Positions 9,931-23,301 of a DNA stretch of 64,000 nt are shown piece by piece. This DNA is from Eledone cirrhosa (Eukaryota), in the NCBI GenBank assembly GCA_964016885.1, contig OZ024743.1:85002001-85066000 (forward strand), in the 5' to 3' direction. The notes beneath the pieces are model-generated. The model worked only from the letters and a program-made list of their open reading frames with translations. It was not told where the DNA came from and searched no databases. The position numbers and the translations under genes are program-made. Positions within the stretch are counted from its first letter, which is position 1; each line of letters opens with the position of its first letter.

Positions 9931-10533
9931 TAATTTAAAGAGAATATTTATTTTGTTAAAATATATTAATGTATTTATTGATTAACATCTGTTAATTAAA
10001 GTTTGTTAATTGTTTACATTGTTCGTTTATTTTAAAATCTTTCTATTTAATGTCATTATTATAAGATGGTGGATTGACAGAGTTTTTAGTGAGTCGAACA
10101 ATATACTATGCAGCATTTAGTTACGTCCCTTTAAGTTCTGAGTTCAAATCCCACCAAGGTTAGCCTTGCATTTCATCCTTAGATAGTCGATAAAATAAAG
10201 CACAAGTAATGCACTGGGTCGATTTAATCAATTCTTTCCTCCCGCACCATTGTGCCTAAATTTGGAACACTTATTAAAACCTGTTCCATCAGAAGGCAGT
10301 TCTCTTTAATTAGGTTACCATTGTGTTTAACCGAGTCACACATGTTAAACTGGGTCACCATATTTAATTAAGTCATTATCATATTCAGTTGGGCCCCTAC
10401 TATGTTTAACTAGATCAGTACTATAATAACACTTCTGGTACCAAACACCAAAGATTACCCCTGGTTCTATGATAGAACACTTTGTTTTAAATTGTTTATA
10501 TTTACCTAAAAACCTTGCATCGCCATTTTATGT

Positions 10534-10710
10534 GAGTATCGGTAGAGGGCTGGACGCCATACCGTGTAGCATAGAGTAACGGCCCTTTACGGTTTGAATT
10601 CAAATCCCGCTGAGGTTAACTTTGCCTTTCATTCTTTCTGAGTCGATAAAATAAAGTAGCAGTAATGCACTTGGATAATTGCTGGCCTTGCGCCAAAAGT
10701 AGAAACAATT
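10534..10710 (+). mobile_element. 5'-truncated Deu/Nin-like SINE with 9-bp TSD, nested in an older AT-rich MITE-like repeat (10430-10885)
   Basis: TSD attttatgt at 10525-10533 and 10711-10719; the host repeat is also seen at 4760-5090 and 32335-32470. Confidence 0.75.
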
Positions 10711-12260
10711 ATTTTATGTCAAAAACATTGTTCAGTTATGCTCCAAACAACAACTACAGCAAGTATTACTAAACACTAGCTTAATAATGAGAAACTTAGT
10801 TATTTAACTTAATCCCTCTAAATTCTTGATTATTTGAAAATTATAGGCAATATCTTTTATTAGAACTATACTAATGAAAGGATTCATTGCCACGTTTGTG
10901 TCATTACTATGTTTGATAATGTCACTCTGTATTTAATTAGGATATTACTATGTTTATTTAAATAATTGTCCTGGCTAATTAGGTTACTGTCAGGCTTAAT
11001 TAGAGTACTATCTTTGTTAATTATATCCCCTATTCAGTTTATCAATAAACTACTTCCCACCAAACATCAAAAGCAAATATATATTTTAAATATATATATA
11101 TCATCTTTAAAGAAATATGTTCATTTTTGCCAGTCTCCTTAAGAAAAAAACAAAACAAAAAACTGTGGAGTGATTTGAGGAAAATTTGGTTGCTATTTCT
11201 TGCAGGTCAAGTAACCACGTAGAAGCAGACTGTGGCAAAGCCTGTAAAACCAATTGAGTCTGTTATTTACTAATGATTCCTATGTGAAAGTAGAGATGTT
11301 ATAAATGATAAAATATTGCTAGAAATAGCAGCTAAATTCGTTTCAAATTACACCCTATCGTCTTAGAAAAATAACGAGATGGCTAAGGCTGGAACGCTTT
11401 TGCTTATAAATCTGTTCAGTGAAGGTTAAGCTAAACAACAACGCCCGAAATGCCAAAGAAATGTTTCAAGGGACATAACTCTGCTAGGCTAGTAAACGGA
11501 GTTACGTTTCTTAATTTTAGAACTTAAATTTAGAACTGCGGCTGATGACTCAGTACCAAATGAAGAGTTAAAGTAACCACCTGCTGTACTGCATCTGTGA
11601 ACAAGACAATCAGTTCTGAAATATCCACAAAGTAATAGAGGCAATGTAAAATTGATTGAGAATTTCCGCTAGTTGCCGTATGCTGTATGATTAACGCGGA
11701 GAGAGAAATATGTGTGTGTGTGTGTGTGTGTGTTATAAGGACCGTGACAAGTGGAGAGATGCTGTGCTGAATAGGACCCGTCCCACCCTTGCAAACAGGA
11801 AAAAGCGGACGTAAAATGATGATGATGATTCAACCTATTTGTATTTATCGTTTTTATGGTATAAGTATAGCCGCTGCTTTTCTTGGTGTCACACTTTCTT
11901 AACTTTGTTCACGAAAATGTATTAACTTTCTGCACCATTGAGAGCTTTGTGACTGCCTCAAACAATTCGATTAATACCTGCTATATTGTGGCTAAAACTT
12001 CGAGTTGTACCTAATAATATTATATATATATATGTCTATATATATATATGTCTAACCCATGCTAGCGTGGAAAGTGGACGTTAAATGAGGATGATGATGA
12101 TGATGATGATATATATACAGATATAATTAGCTGTTGAAACGGCAAGAGCTCAGCTGTTGGGCCCTGACTCTCTCTAATATAGTTACACTGTACTATCCCA
12201 AGTATCGAGTAATCTGGTGCATAATGAATGGTCTTACTAGTTTAAAACTGATAAAATCCT

Positions 12261-12334
<74 letters not shown>

Positions 12335-12645
12335 TATCCACCACTTTCACTATCATTATTTCTCTTTATTTATTTATTTATTCATTTATTTATTTATTTA
12401 TTTATTTGTTTCGATCTCCATATTCTTGATCTATCTTCTTTCTAATTTTATTTATTATTTTTTTTCTTACAACTTAATTGAAATTATCATAAAAAAAAAG
12501 TGAAAAGGGGGTAAAACAAACACTTATCAAAACAAAATATGAAAAAATATATATATATAGTGACGAAACATATGTCAATTGTATGAACTCATAATCCTTT
12601 ATTTACTGCTATATATATTTCAATGATAACAATTGAACATTATAT

Positions 12646-12833
12646 ATGGTGGATTGGCAGTATCGGTAGAGGGTCTGACGCTAGCTTTGCAGCAAAGAGT
12701 TACGCCCCTTTATGGTTTGAGTTCAAATCCCGCCGAGGTTAACTTTGCCTTTCATCCTTACGGGGTCGATAAAATAAAGTACCAGTAATGCACTGGATAA
12801 TTGCTGGCCTTGTGCCAAAAGTAGAAACAATTA
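12646..12833 (+). mobile_element. full-length tRNA-derived SINE with Deu/Nin-like core
   Basis: A-box tggcagtatcggtaga, B-box gagttcaaatcc, core gcctttcatccttacggggtcgataaaataaagtaccag; an antisense copy lies at 20651-20840. Confidence 0.85.
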
Positions 12834-13629
12834 TATATATAATTATGTTATGAACATTGTTTGATGTCACCAAATGTAGTTTGCATTAGTGATTTGGTTA
12901 GTGTAGTGTGGCATATGTTGTAGTAGTAATGTTGTTGGCTTGATGGGTGATTCTGTGAGTTTCTCTCTTCCACATAAGTGCTGCTGAATGTTTGTGAGCT
13001 CATGGCAAATGAATTGTGTGTGTGTGTCTCAGTGAGTCAAGATGGGTGGTTGTATTTGTTGCCATAGCCAGTAGTTGAAAGTAAAGCTGCCATTAGAGAT
13101 ATTCAATGAACAATAACAAACACCACAGCTTTAATAATTTCTATTAAGAAATAACTTCTGTCAAAGTTATTTTGACAACACAAGAATAACAACAAATAGT
13201 CAAAGTCTAATTGTGTATTATGTTTGTGGGATTGGTTTTGCATGAATGCTATAGTAGGCTGAAAAGACATATGGAACTAACCTTTGTTGGAATCAAACAG
13301 GAGCATGGCTGTCTCGGCTCACTGGCTGAAAGGGGTTGAAGGGAGTATCTGTCGGCAACTAAATTGTTCTGGTCACTAGAATGCACTAAGCTGGACTAAT
13401 TGCTGGACAACAAAGAGCAAACTATTTTTGAGAACCTGTTGTCATTGACATTAAATGGCCCCTGAAAACTGTATTGTTCCAGACAGTTTGGTGACATGAG
13501 TCCACAAAACAAAGGAAGTAGATGGAACCATGCACAGTAGAAAGGAAATTACTTATCTATGAGGCCAGTGTCTGTTGTCGTATGATATATTTCACAAACC
13601 GGATGAACAATCAGATTTATAGATTTTGC

Positions 13630-13955
13630 TACCCAGCCCTTCGTAAACAGTGTGTTGGCAGTGTATCAACCATGACACTATACCCAGGTTTCTGTGAAGA
13701 GGGTGTTGGTAGTGTACCATCAGTGACATTGTACCCAGCCCTCTGTAAACAGTGTTGGTAGTATACCATCAGTGACACTGTACCCAGTTCCCTATGAAGA
13801 GGGTGTTGGCTGTGTAGCATTAACGTACCCAGTTCTCCATGAAGATGATGTTAGAAGTGTACCATCAGTCACACTGTATCCAGCTCTCTGTAAAGAGGGA
13901 TTTGGCTGTGTACCATCTACTACACTGTACAGATCTCTATGAAGAGGGTGTTGCC
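13630..13955. repeat. ~51-bp minisatellite
   Basis: Units of acccagccctctgtaaacagtgttggtagtgtaccatcagtgacactgt. Confidence 0.8.
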
Positions 13956-14724
13956 ATTAAGTGAGCCTCCCGACCAGTGGAATGTCTCCTTTCTACAAAA
14001 ATTAACAGAGCAGATTTTCCTATTACATCAGATGGTAACAGGGGCTGGACACATTGGTCAGGTATTATTAAATGATGGCAGTGATGTTTATGTTGGATAA
14101 TTCTGACTGACATTTCAGGTATAGTCTCTTCTCATCCCATATCTGGGTGTGACAAGCCACCTTTTTCATATCTTCATCCAAGTTCTTACCCACCTGGAGG
14201 TCTCTCTCTCTCTCTCTAAATATATTTATATATATCATCATCATCGTTTTTACATCCTCTTTTCCATGGGTTGGACAGGTCCTTTACAATGTGCTGAGTA
14301 TGTTGTGACTGATGGTACACTAGCATGTGATGTGATTGTCTTCTCCAGTGATTCCTGAATAGTAAGAACATGTGGTTACTGTTGATCAGACATGTCTTTT
14401 TACATGCCATTCCTTTGACAGATCTTCAGTCATGGGTCAAGTGAAGACCAAGATTTAACACCTAATGAATGGGTCTACTCTAAGCACGTGAGAGAGGAGC
14501 ACTTGCCTATGTTTCCCTTGATGATTGGGGTAATTTTAGATCTATTGGTTTCCTTAATTATCACTGAGGGGTGTGCCCTCCTATTGGGGATTCTGTTGGT
14601 ATAAACTTGTTGTCATTAGTCCCATTTATCCTTAAAAAAAAACCCATCCTTCAAGTGACAACAAAAAACTACAAAGGAGAGGTAGTTCAGTGTATGTTTG
14701 TGAGTGTATGTGTTATATATATAT

Positions 14725-14950
14725 ACAAGGCTGGAAAGATTTTATGGGTAAAGCCAACCAGCAGGAGACCCAGGGGAAGAGCCCAAGTAAGATGGTTGGA
14801 TAACATCCATGAGCTTGGCTGGTCTTTCTTGGGGATCCAGCCAAATCAGTTGTAAATGTTTGCTTCTAACCGAACTCACTGGAAGGAACGTTTGAGGATT
14901 GGCCCCATGATACACCCAGGAATAAGTGGGCGAAGAAAATGAAGAAGAAA
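14725..14950 (+). mobile_element. RTE/Expander-like LINE 3' fragment
   Basis: KPTSRRPRGRAQVRWLDNIHELGW, GAA-rich tail; longer copy at 25545-25910. Confidence 0.75.
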
Positions 14951-14989
14951 AAATTGTTAAGAAGGCCGAGGATTTCATTCACTCAGTAA

Positions 14990-15500
14990 GACCTTTGTCA
15001 GCTGCTCTCCAGCTATCTATTTAAAGTTGTATATAGCTATGGTGTGGCCACACTTAGAATTTGTATCACCAGTCTGGAACCCTTATCTTGCTCAGAATAT
15101 TGACCTCCTGGAAACTGTTCAGAGACGTGCAACCAAATGAATACCCTCCATCAAGTATCTACTATATTTTGAACACCTTGCTTCCCTGGGCATGGATACA
15201 TTAAAGCTCCAACGTCTGGCAACTGACTTGGTAGACACCCACAAGATTATCAATCATCTTTCCAACAACCCTGAGCAAATTTTTGAATTCTGTGTGTCTA
15301 ACACCTGTGGACATGCTTACAAAACCAGAAAACAGCACAGCTCCCATGACTTATGGGAACACTTTTTTCATGCCCAGAGTTCTGAAATATAGAACAAACT
15401 ACTGCATCAGTTGTTAGCTGTCGAGACACTGCATTCTTCAAAACTTCCATGCTTGCCAAAATTTGCCAACACTTCACCTGATATTCCCCCTCCATACACA
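14990..15500 (+). mobile_element. CR1/L2-group LINE 3' fragment
   Basis: LKLYIAMVWPHLEFVSPVWNPYLAQNIDLLETVQRRATK...LASLGMDTLKLQRLATDL, typical of the CR1 ORF2 C-terminus; has stops. Confidence 0.85.
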
Positions 15501-15655
15501 CGCACACATGTGTGTGTGTGTGTGTGTGTGTATCATGACTCATACACTTTTCACTTTCCTGACGTTTGTAATTTATTCTATGTACTATATATGCACCTTT
15601 GGCGAGTTGTAGTGCACCTGAGCACTGTATACAGTAATTTTCAATATTATCATTA

Positions 15656-15695
<40 letters not shown>

Positions 15696-15703
<8 letters not shown>

Positions 15704-16140
15704 ATACTTTGGGAGGGCCATGTTGCCAATAAGAAACACACGCACCAGTTGCTTTCACTTCAATTTATTATATATTTATAAATTTATAAATTTACAAATC
15801 TACAAACCTATAAATTATAAATTTCTGGTTGGTTGGTTGGTTCCACAACCAGATAGTTGTTTATATATATAGTCATAGTCCTTTCGTCACACACTCTGTG
15901 ACCTCTTAAGTGACTGGGGATTCCTTTCTTCGTTTCTGTGCCTTTTCTTTCTTCTATCCTACGCCATTTTGTTTCTGTGTGTGTGTTGTGTGCTCAGTTT
16001 GCGCATGTGCCACATCCGGGTGTCTGTGTGTGTTTGTGTTCATTATTGGCAACATGACCCTCCCAAAGTATAACAATATCGGTTTCAACACACGATTTCA
16101 GATAAAGAATCTTGCTAAACAAATTCAGAAACGAAATATA
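15696..16140. mobile_element. (TA)n-flanked element with ~45-bp inverted repeat
   Basis: attgttatactttgggagggccatgttgccaataagaaacac (about 15698-15739) vs gtgttcattattggcaacatgaccctcccaaagtataacaat (about 16036-16077). Confidence 0.6.
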
Positions 16141-16245
16141 TATATATATATATAGTAATAATAATAAATTTGAAGACTAAAATCCAAAGAGGGCTCGATA
16201 AGGATAAATATATATCAAATATATAAGAACCGTAGAGCAAATATT

Positions 16246-16976
16246 TATTAAAATAACAGATTAAAGTCTAAGCAAAGAATCGCTGCTTTCACCCTTAACG
16301 GGATCTTCTGAAACTAACAAAGTCAATCTGTAAATGCAGAAGTGGATATTTCAAAAAACGTTGCAACCGGAGGAAGACAGGAAGACGATACTTTGGTTCG
16401 TGGAAACGTTCCCTGGCAAAGAACGGGAAAAAACGAATATAATACGTCATTAATAGGAGCGGTGAAAAACAATTACACGCAGACAGGACCACGTTTATGG
16501 TATAAAAGTATTTTATTTACTTTATTCTTAACTCTGAAGCGGAGATTCATTCGGTCTCCTAGTTAGAATTTTAGTCTACAACTTCAGCTATACCATTTAC
16601 GTGGTTTTGTCTTTGCGTGTTCTCCACGCTCCACATACGACGTATTATCTTCGTTTTTTCCGTTCATTGCCAGAGAACATCTCTATGAACCACCTAAGAG
16701 AACATTAGTCTACGACTTCTTTTATACCATAAACGTGGTTCTGTCTTTGCGCGTAATTGTTTTTCACCGCTCCTATTAATGACGTATTATATTCGTTTTT
16801 TCCCGTTCTTTGCCAGGGAACGTTTCCACGAACCAAAGTATCATCTTCCTGTGTTCCTCCGGTTGCAACGTTTTTTTGAAATATCCACTTCTGCGTTTAC
16901 AGATTGACTTTGTTAGTTTCAGAAGATCCCGTTAAGGGTGAAAGCAGCGATTCTTTGCTTAAACTTTAATCTGTTA

Positions 16977-16984
<8 letters not shown>
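16246..16984. mobile_element. large foldback element (~263-bp arms, ~210-bp spacer) with degenerate hammerhead remnants
   Basis: 16246-16508 is the reverse complement of 16719-16984; abuts (TA)n; spacer holds a diverged direct copy of part of the arm. Confidence 0.8.
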
Positions 16985-17020
<36 letters not shown>

Positions 17021-17026
<6 letters not shown>

Positions 17027-17551
17027 GTACAGTGAATTTTTTGAAATTTATTTTGAAACTTTTTCTTATTTGCTAAACCTTGATTATATATGTTCTGGCT
17101 CGTTAATTTATTAACCTGCCATTGAACCACATTGGCATATGGTTGGACAATACATGTGTCTCTGGATGCTTTTTGCGTGTAGGGATATATACTTTATTAT
17201 TATTATTCTCCTCTTGGTCAAGAAAAAATTTGATCGTTTTGACTGCTGCTATTTATAGTGGTAGTAGACTGACCTCCCTGCTTCTGCTTCTATCTTTACA
17301 CACGGCACTGGACAGAATTGCTTCCACATCATTCATTCTCATCTCGGGAACAATTTTGAATAGAGCCAGTTCGTAATTTGAACTCAGGAATTTTATATTC
17401 TCCGAGTGAAAAGAACCTTCTGATGAGAGTTTATCTTTTCAATGGAAGGCCGCAAGGACTGTCCATTTATTTTTGAGACTCGAAACCGATAGTGAGTACA
17501 GTGAATTTTTTGAAATTTATTTTGAAACTTTTTCTTATTTGCTAAACCTTG

Positions 17552-17559
<8 letters not shown>
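17021..17559 (+). mobile_element. retrozyme/PLE-like element with 70-bp terminal direct repeats and a hammerhead core, within (TA)n
   Basis: 17021-17090 = 17490-17559; CTGATGA(17420)-gagttt...agactc-GAAA(17482)-ccga-TA lies directly before the second repeat. Confidence 0.65.
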
Positions 17560-17620
<61 letters not shown>

Positions 17621-17841
17621 TCTCCTGTTCTATCAAATGCATAGGAGAAAGTTGTCATGTCTTGGACACATCTGAAAGGTCCCTCCAACTTTTTGTTTAG
17701 CAAGCTTTCTATGGCTGGATATCTTTCCTATCACAAACCACTTTACAGCATGTACTGGATGTTTATATATATATATATATATATATATGCTAGCATGGAG
17801 GATGGACATTAAATGATGATAATATAAATATATATAATCAA

Positions 17842-19896
17842 TCAAAGATATGAAGACAGGCAAAGCAGCTGGGCCTTCGGAGATAGTTGCTGAGATGTTG
17901 CAGGCATCTGGAATGGTGGGACATACTATGGTCACTCGTATAGTTAACCAATTAATACAGAATGGGATCATACCGAAAGATTGGCGTAGCAGCATCATCA
18001 TTAACTGCTACAAGGGTAAAGGAGATGCTCTAGATAGAGGAAACTATAGAGGCATTAAGTTAGTTGACCAGGTCATGAAGGTCACAGAAAGAGTTATAGC
18101 GCAACTAATCAGAGAGCAAATTGATCTAGATGAAATTCAGTTTGGGTTTGTGTCAGGTAAAAGTACCACAGACGCTCTTTTCCTTGTACGACAACTACAA
18201 GAGAAGTACCTAGCTAAAAGTAAACCCCTCTTCTTAGCTTTTGTAGACCTGGAAAAATCCTTTGACAGAGTCCCCCGCTCCATTATCTGGTGGGCTCTTA
18301 GAAAACTAGGTGGAGATGAATGGTTTGTGAGAACTATACAAGCTATGTATAAAGAAACAGTCAGCAAGGTTAGAATTAACAACGAATATAGTGAAGAGTT
18401 TAGTGTAAAAGTTGGTGTTCACCAAGGCTCTGTCCTTAGCCCCCTCCTATTTATTATTGCCCTTCAGGCTATAACAGAGGAGTTCAAGACCGGCTGCCCA
18501 TGGGAACTCCTATACGTAGATGATCTAATGCTCATAGCTGAATCAATGGCTGAACTAGAGAAGAAATTCCAAATATGGAAGAATGGCCTAGAATCAAAAG
18601 GCCTTAAAGTTAACATGTCTAAGACTAAAGTCCTAGTTTGTAGAAAGGAAAATAGGGTACAGGTACCCTCAGGGAAATGGTCTTGCTTAGTGTGTAGGAA
18701 AGGAGTAGGCAGAAATTCCATTTTATGTCCCAAATGCAAATGTATGGGTACATAAAAGATGTAGTGGGATCACAGGTAAACTATCTAAGAACGTACACTT
18801 TATATGTGGCCAATGCTCAGGTGCAATAAGTAGCAAGTGTCCACAGGATACTAGCTCCTTCTATTGCCCAGATGGTTCTATAAAAATAGTAGACACTTTC
18901 CGTTACCTGGGTGACGAAATCAGCAGTGGAGGAGGGTGTTCTGAAAGTACAGTAGCCAGAGGCAGAACGGGATGGGAAAAGTTCAGAGAGCTTATACCGC
19001 TGTTGGCCACAAAAGGTTTCTCTCTAAAAATGAAAGGCAGATTGTATGATGCCTGTATACGAACACCAATGTTACATGGCAGTGAGACATGGGCATTACG
19101 TACAGAGGACCTGCGCAGACTGGAAAGGAACAAAGCATGCATGCTCCGTTGGATGTGTAATAGTAATATACGTGAACAGCAAAGCATAAATGAACTAAGT
19201 GAGAAATTAAGAATAAGAGGGATCAGATACTGTTTACTTGAGAGAAGACTACGTTGGTATGGTCACATGATGCGCATGAAAGATAACAGCTGTATAAAAA
19301 AAGTGCAGGGCGATCAAAATTGATGGTAGTTACGGAGTAGGTAGACCCAGAAAAACCTGGGACGATCTGATAAATTCCAACCTTACACACTTGCACCTCT
19401 CTAAGACAATGTCACTGGACCGAGATCTTTGGTGCTACGCAGTAATACAGAAGACCCGCTTTGCCTATGTACAAAGCGAAACCTACTGTCAGTAGGCACC
19501 TCTTAACCAAATATACACCCCAATCCACTACCCCTACCCTATCCTGCCGCTCCCACCAACACCACCCTCTTTCTATAAAGTTGGTACCACAACATCCAGT
19601 CCAAATAAATGAGATAAATGAGATCGAGATCAAGATCGTGTAGGTGTCACGAGAAAATAAACACACAGTCCACGCTGTAATGTGGCCATGTAGTAACACG
19701 GTAAAAAGTTCCCAGTTCCACACTGTAATTGTGGTTGGTGTTAGGAAGGACATCCAGCCATAGAAAACCTGCCAGATAGTCCTATATGAGCGAGACACGG
19801 TCACCCGACCAACCTTGCCTCAAGTGGGACAACTCCCGTCTAACCCATGCTAGCGTGGAAAGTGGACGTTAAACGAGGATGATGATGATGATGATG
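17842..19896 (+). mobile_element. 5'-truncated RTE-clade LINE: RT domain, Cys-rich finger, 3' UTR and (GAT)n tail
   Basis: ORF 17850-18755 has RT motifs (QFGF, FVDLEKSFDRV, GVHQGSVLSPLLF, LLYVDD); frameshifted continuation 19003-19323 (RRLRWYGH); probable TSD ataatcaa at 17834-17841 / 19897-19904. Confidence 0.95.
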
Positions 19897-21798
19897 ATAA
19901 TCAACATGTCATAGTAGCATTTCCAGGCATCTTTCTTCTGAGCTTCATTGAAACTAAGTGCATCGGTGTCATTCAAAACATAAGCAGAGCCTGATTTTTC
20001 ACCTTGTGTCTAGTTTCCCTAATGGAAACAATTCCCTTTTCAGTTGCAGATCATGAGTTAGTGGAAAATTTGCTCTTATTTGTAAATAGTTGTTAAGACT
20101 ATTGTCTTGTCTTTTAACCTTTTGTTACTGTCCCTTGTGCACTAGAGCCAGTTGTATCAACCTTAAAGCACCAAAACAATGTATCTCTGTTGGTCAACTG
20201 ATGAGATGGGACTACTGTCTGTATTCATTCATTTTCCTGTCTTCGTCTATATTTTTTATTCATTTATATATATATAAATGATGCCAGAAAAACCACAGAC
20301 CCTCCATCTCAATTCTACTTTTGAAAACCATAAGAAACCGGTAAAGGAAACAAATAAATATTCTTAAAAAAACTCCAGTTGCATTTTCGATTTCTTTTTC
20401 TTATATATATATATATATAAACTTAGTGGCAATGTAAGCTTAATACTTATTCTGTCTCTACATTTTTTTAACCTAATTAGATTGTTCTCTGCTAAATATT
20501 TGATATATGGTTTCCTATGATATTGGTGGTGTGCAAACCTCTGAGGTCTTGAATTTTTAGCTCTAATTCTCTCTGTAAGCTATCATAGAGCCACATGATC
20601 ATTTTATATTTTATATCGATATCTTTATATACATATATATATATATCATAATAATTGTTTCTACTTTTGGCACAAGGCCAGCAATTACCCAGTGTTTTAC
20701 CGGTACTTTATTTTATCGACCCTGTCAGGATGAAAGGCAAAGTTAACCTCGACGGGATTTGAACTCAGAATGGCAAGGGCCGTAATTCTATACATCAAAG
20801 CATGGCGTCCGACTTTCTACCGATACTGCCAATCCACCGCCCTCATATATATCATAATAATAATAACAATAATAATAATAATAATAATAGTAAGTATAAA
20901 TCGAAGTTGTAGCTGCAATATAGCAGATACCAATCAAATTGTATATATATATATCATCATCATCATCATCATCATTTTATGTCCGCTTTTCCCTGCTTGC
21001 AAGGGTTGGACGGGTCCTATTCAGCACAGCATCTCTCCTCTTGTCCCGGTCCTTCGTTATCTCCTCAGATAGAATGCTTTACAGTATTTGTCCCACCTCA
21101 TTGTGTGCTCCTCATTGCCTTTCATCCTTTCGAGATTGATAAAAAAAGTACCAGTCCACTACTGGGGTCGATTCTTCCTCTATAGAAAAAATCTGCTGTG
21201 TTCAGACTTAGTGAGGTTTGTGCTCCGCCGGGTTTAAAAGTGCCCTAGACACACCGTCTGACAGTACCTCCATGACTCCACAAGGAGTAATGGGATCTTT
21301 ATCATATATATACATCCATCATCACCTTCATTTTACATCTACTTTTCCATGCTTACATGGCCTGGATGTGTATTTTCTACAACCTACTGTCTTCCTTTGT
21401 CATCTTTTCTGCCAGGTTCAGCATTTCGAGATCTGCTCTCACTAGACTTCCGCCAAAGTCTTCCTTAGCCTTCCTCTTCTGCAGCTTCCTTCCACTGGGA
21501 AATCCTGGCATAACTTCACTTAACAACTATCATCCATATGCATCACATGTCCATACTAAGTATGTGTGTGTGTGTACATACACTCACAAACAGAAAGAAA
21601 ATAGAATATAGAGAGAATTATATATGAAACAGATAGATAGAGAGAGAGAGAGAGAGGGAGGAAGAATGCATTTAATCTCACTCTCTCTCTTTATGTACCT
21701 CTGTCCCCCCCTCTCTCTCTATATGTATAAAGATATAGAGAGATGGGGAAGAAGAATGTATTTAATCTCTCACCTCTCTCTCTCTTCCCTATCTCTTC

Positions 21799-21878
<80 letters not shown>

Positions 21879-22057
21879 GGTGAGTAAGTGAGTGTGAGAG
21901 GCAGAGTGTTGTATAGAGAGGTTGTAGAGAGACAATAACAGTAACATCATGAATATTTATTTCTCAAAGAAACTAGCAGTGAAAATATTCTGTGACCAGA
22001 TTCAATAATATCACTTTCCAACACACATCCATACAAGTTGTAGGCAGAGATAGAATG

Positions 22058-22132
22058 ATGGTGGTGGTGGTGTTGATGGTGGTGGTGGTGGTGTTGTGAT
22101 TGTTGTTGGTGGTGGTGGTGGTGTTGTGGTTG

Positions 22133-22164
<32 letters not shown>

Positions 22165-23005
22165 GGTGGTGGTGGTGGTGGTGGTTCGTGGTTTTGGTGG
22201 TGGTGGTGTTGTGGTTGTTGTTGTTGGTGTTGTTGGTGGTGGTTGTTGTTGGTGGTGGTGTTGATGGTGGTGGTGGTGGTGGTGTTGATGGTGGTGGTGG
22301 TGGTGGTGGTGTTGTGGTTGTTGTTGTTGGTGTTGTTGGTGGTGGTTGCTGTTGGTGGTGGTGTTGATGGTGGTGGTAGTGGAGGTGGTGGTGTTGATGG
22401 TGGTGTGGAGGTGGTGGTGGTGTTGATGGTGGTAGTGGTGGTGGTGGTGGTGGTGGTGTTGTGGTTGTTGTTGGTGGTGGTGTTGTGGTTGCTCGTGGTT
22501 TTGGTGGTGGTGGTGTTGTGGTTGTTGTTGTTGGTGTTGTTGGTGGTGGTTGTTGTTGGTGGTGGTGGTGTTGATGGTGGTGGTAGTGGTGGTGGTGGTG
22601 GTTGTTGTTGTTGTTGGTGGTGGTGGTGTTGATGGTGGTGGTAGTGGTGGTGGTGGTTGTTGTTGTTGTTGTTGGTGGTGGTGGTGTTGATGGTGGTGGT
22701 GGTGGTGTTGTAGTTGTTGGTGGTGTTGGTGTCGTTGGTAGTGGCGGTGTTGGTAGTGCAGGTGTTGAAGTTGGTGTTGTTGTTGATGTTGTTGATGCTG
22801 ATATTGGTGCTGGTGTTGATGTTGGCTTTCTTGTTGCTCTCATTGTTGTTTGCGGTGGTGATAGTGTTGATGTTTGTAATGATGATGATATTAGCGTTTT
22901 TGATGCTGTTGTTGGTGGAGGTGATGGTGTTGTTTAAAGTATTGGCTGTGGGGATGTTGACATTGCTGCTCTATCGTCGTCGTCGTCGTCGTCGTCGTCG
23001 TTGTT

Positions 23006-23036
<31 letters not shown>

Positions 23037-23110
23037 TTCTTCTTCTTCTTCTTCAACTTCCCCCTCCCCTGCACATCGCCTCCTCCTCCTCCTCCTCCTC
23101 CTCCCCCTCC
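22058..23110. repeat. compound GGT/GTT/GAT/CGT/CTT/CCT trinucleotide tract
   Basis: Direct reading. Confidence 0.95.
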
Positions 23111-23225
23111 TACCATTCCTCCCACCCTGTGACCTCTGTCTTCTTTATCATCGACTGACACAGCATCCAAATGGATCTCTTTAGACATGCTGGGAAAATG
23201 TATAAGAGACAGAAAGGAAGAAAGA

Positions 23226-23301
<76 letters not shown>

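Noticed and set aside
11535-11590. Possible hammerhead (CTGATGA ctc...gag ttaaa)
   Set aside because: GAAA absent, no convincing stem I or III, no flanking repeat structure
12646-12735. tRNA gene
   Set aside because: A/B boxes belong to a multi-copy SINE head followed by core and tail; no complete cloverleaf
12900-14200. Possible exons of a second gene in comparatively unique sequence
   Set aside because: Short frames only, no recognisable homology, no convincing splice-site pair
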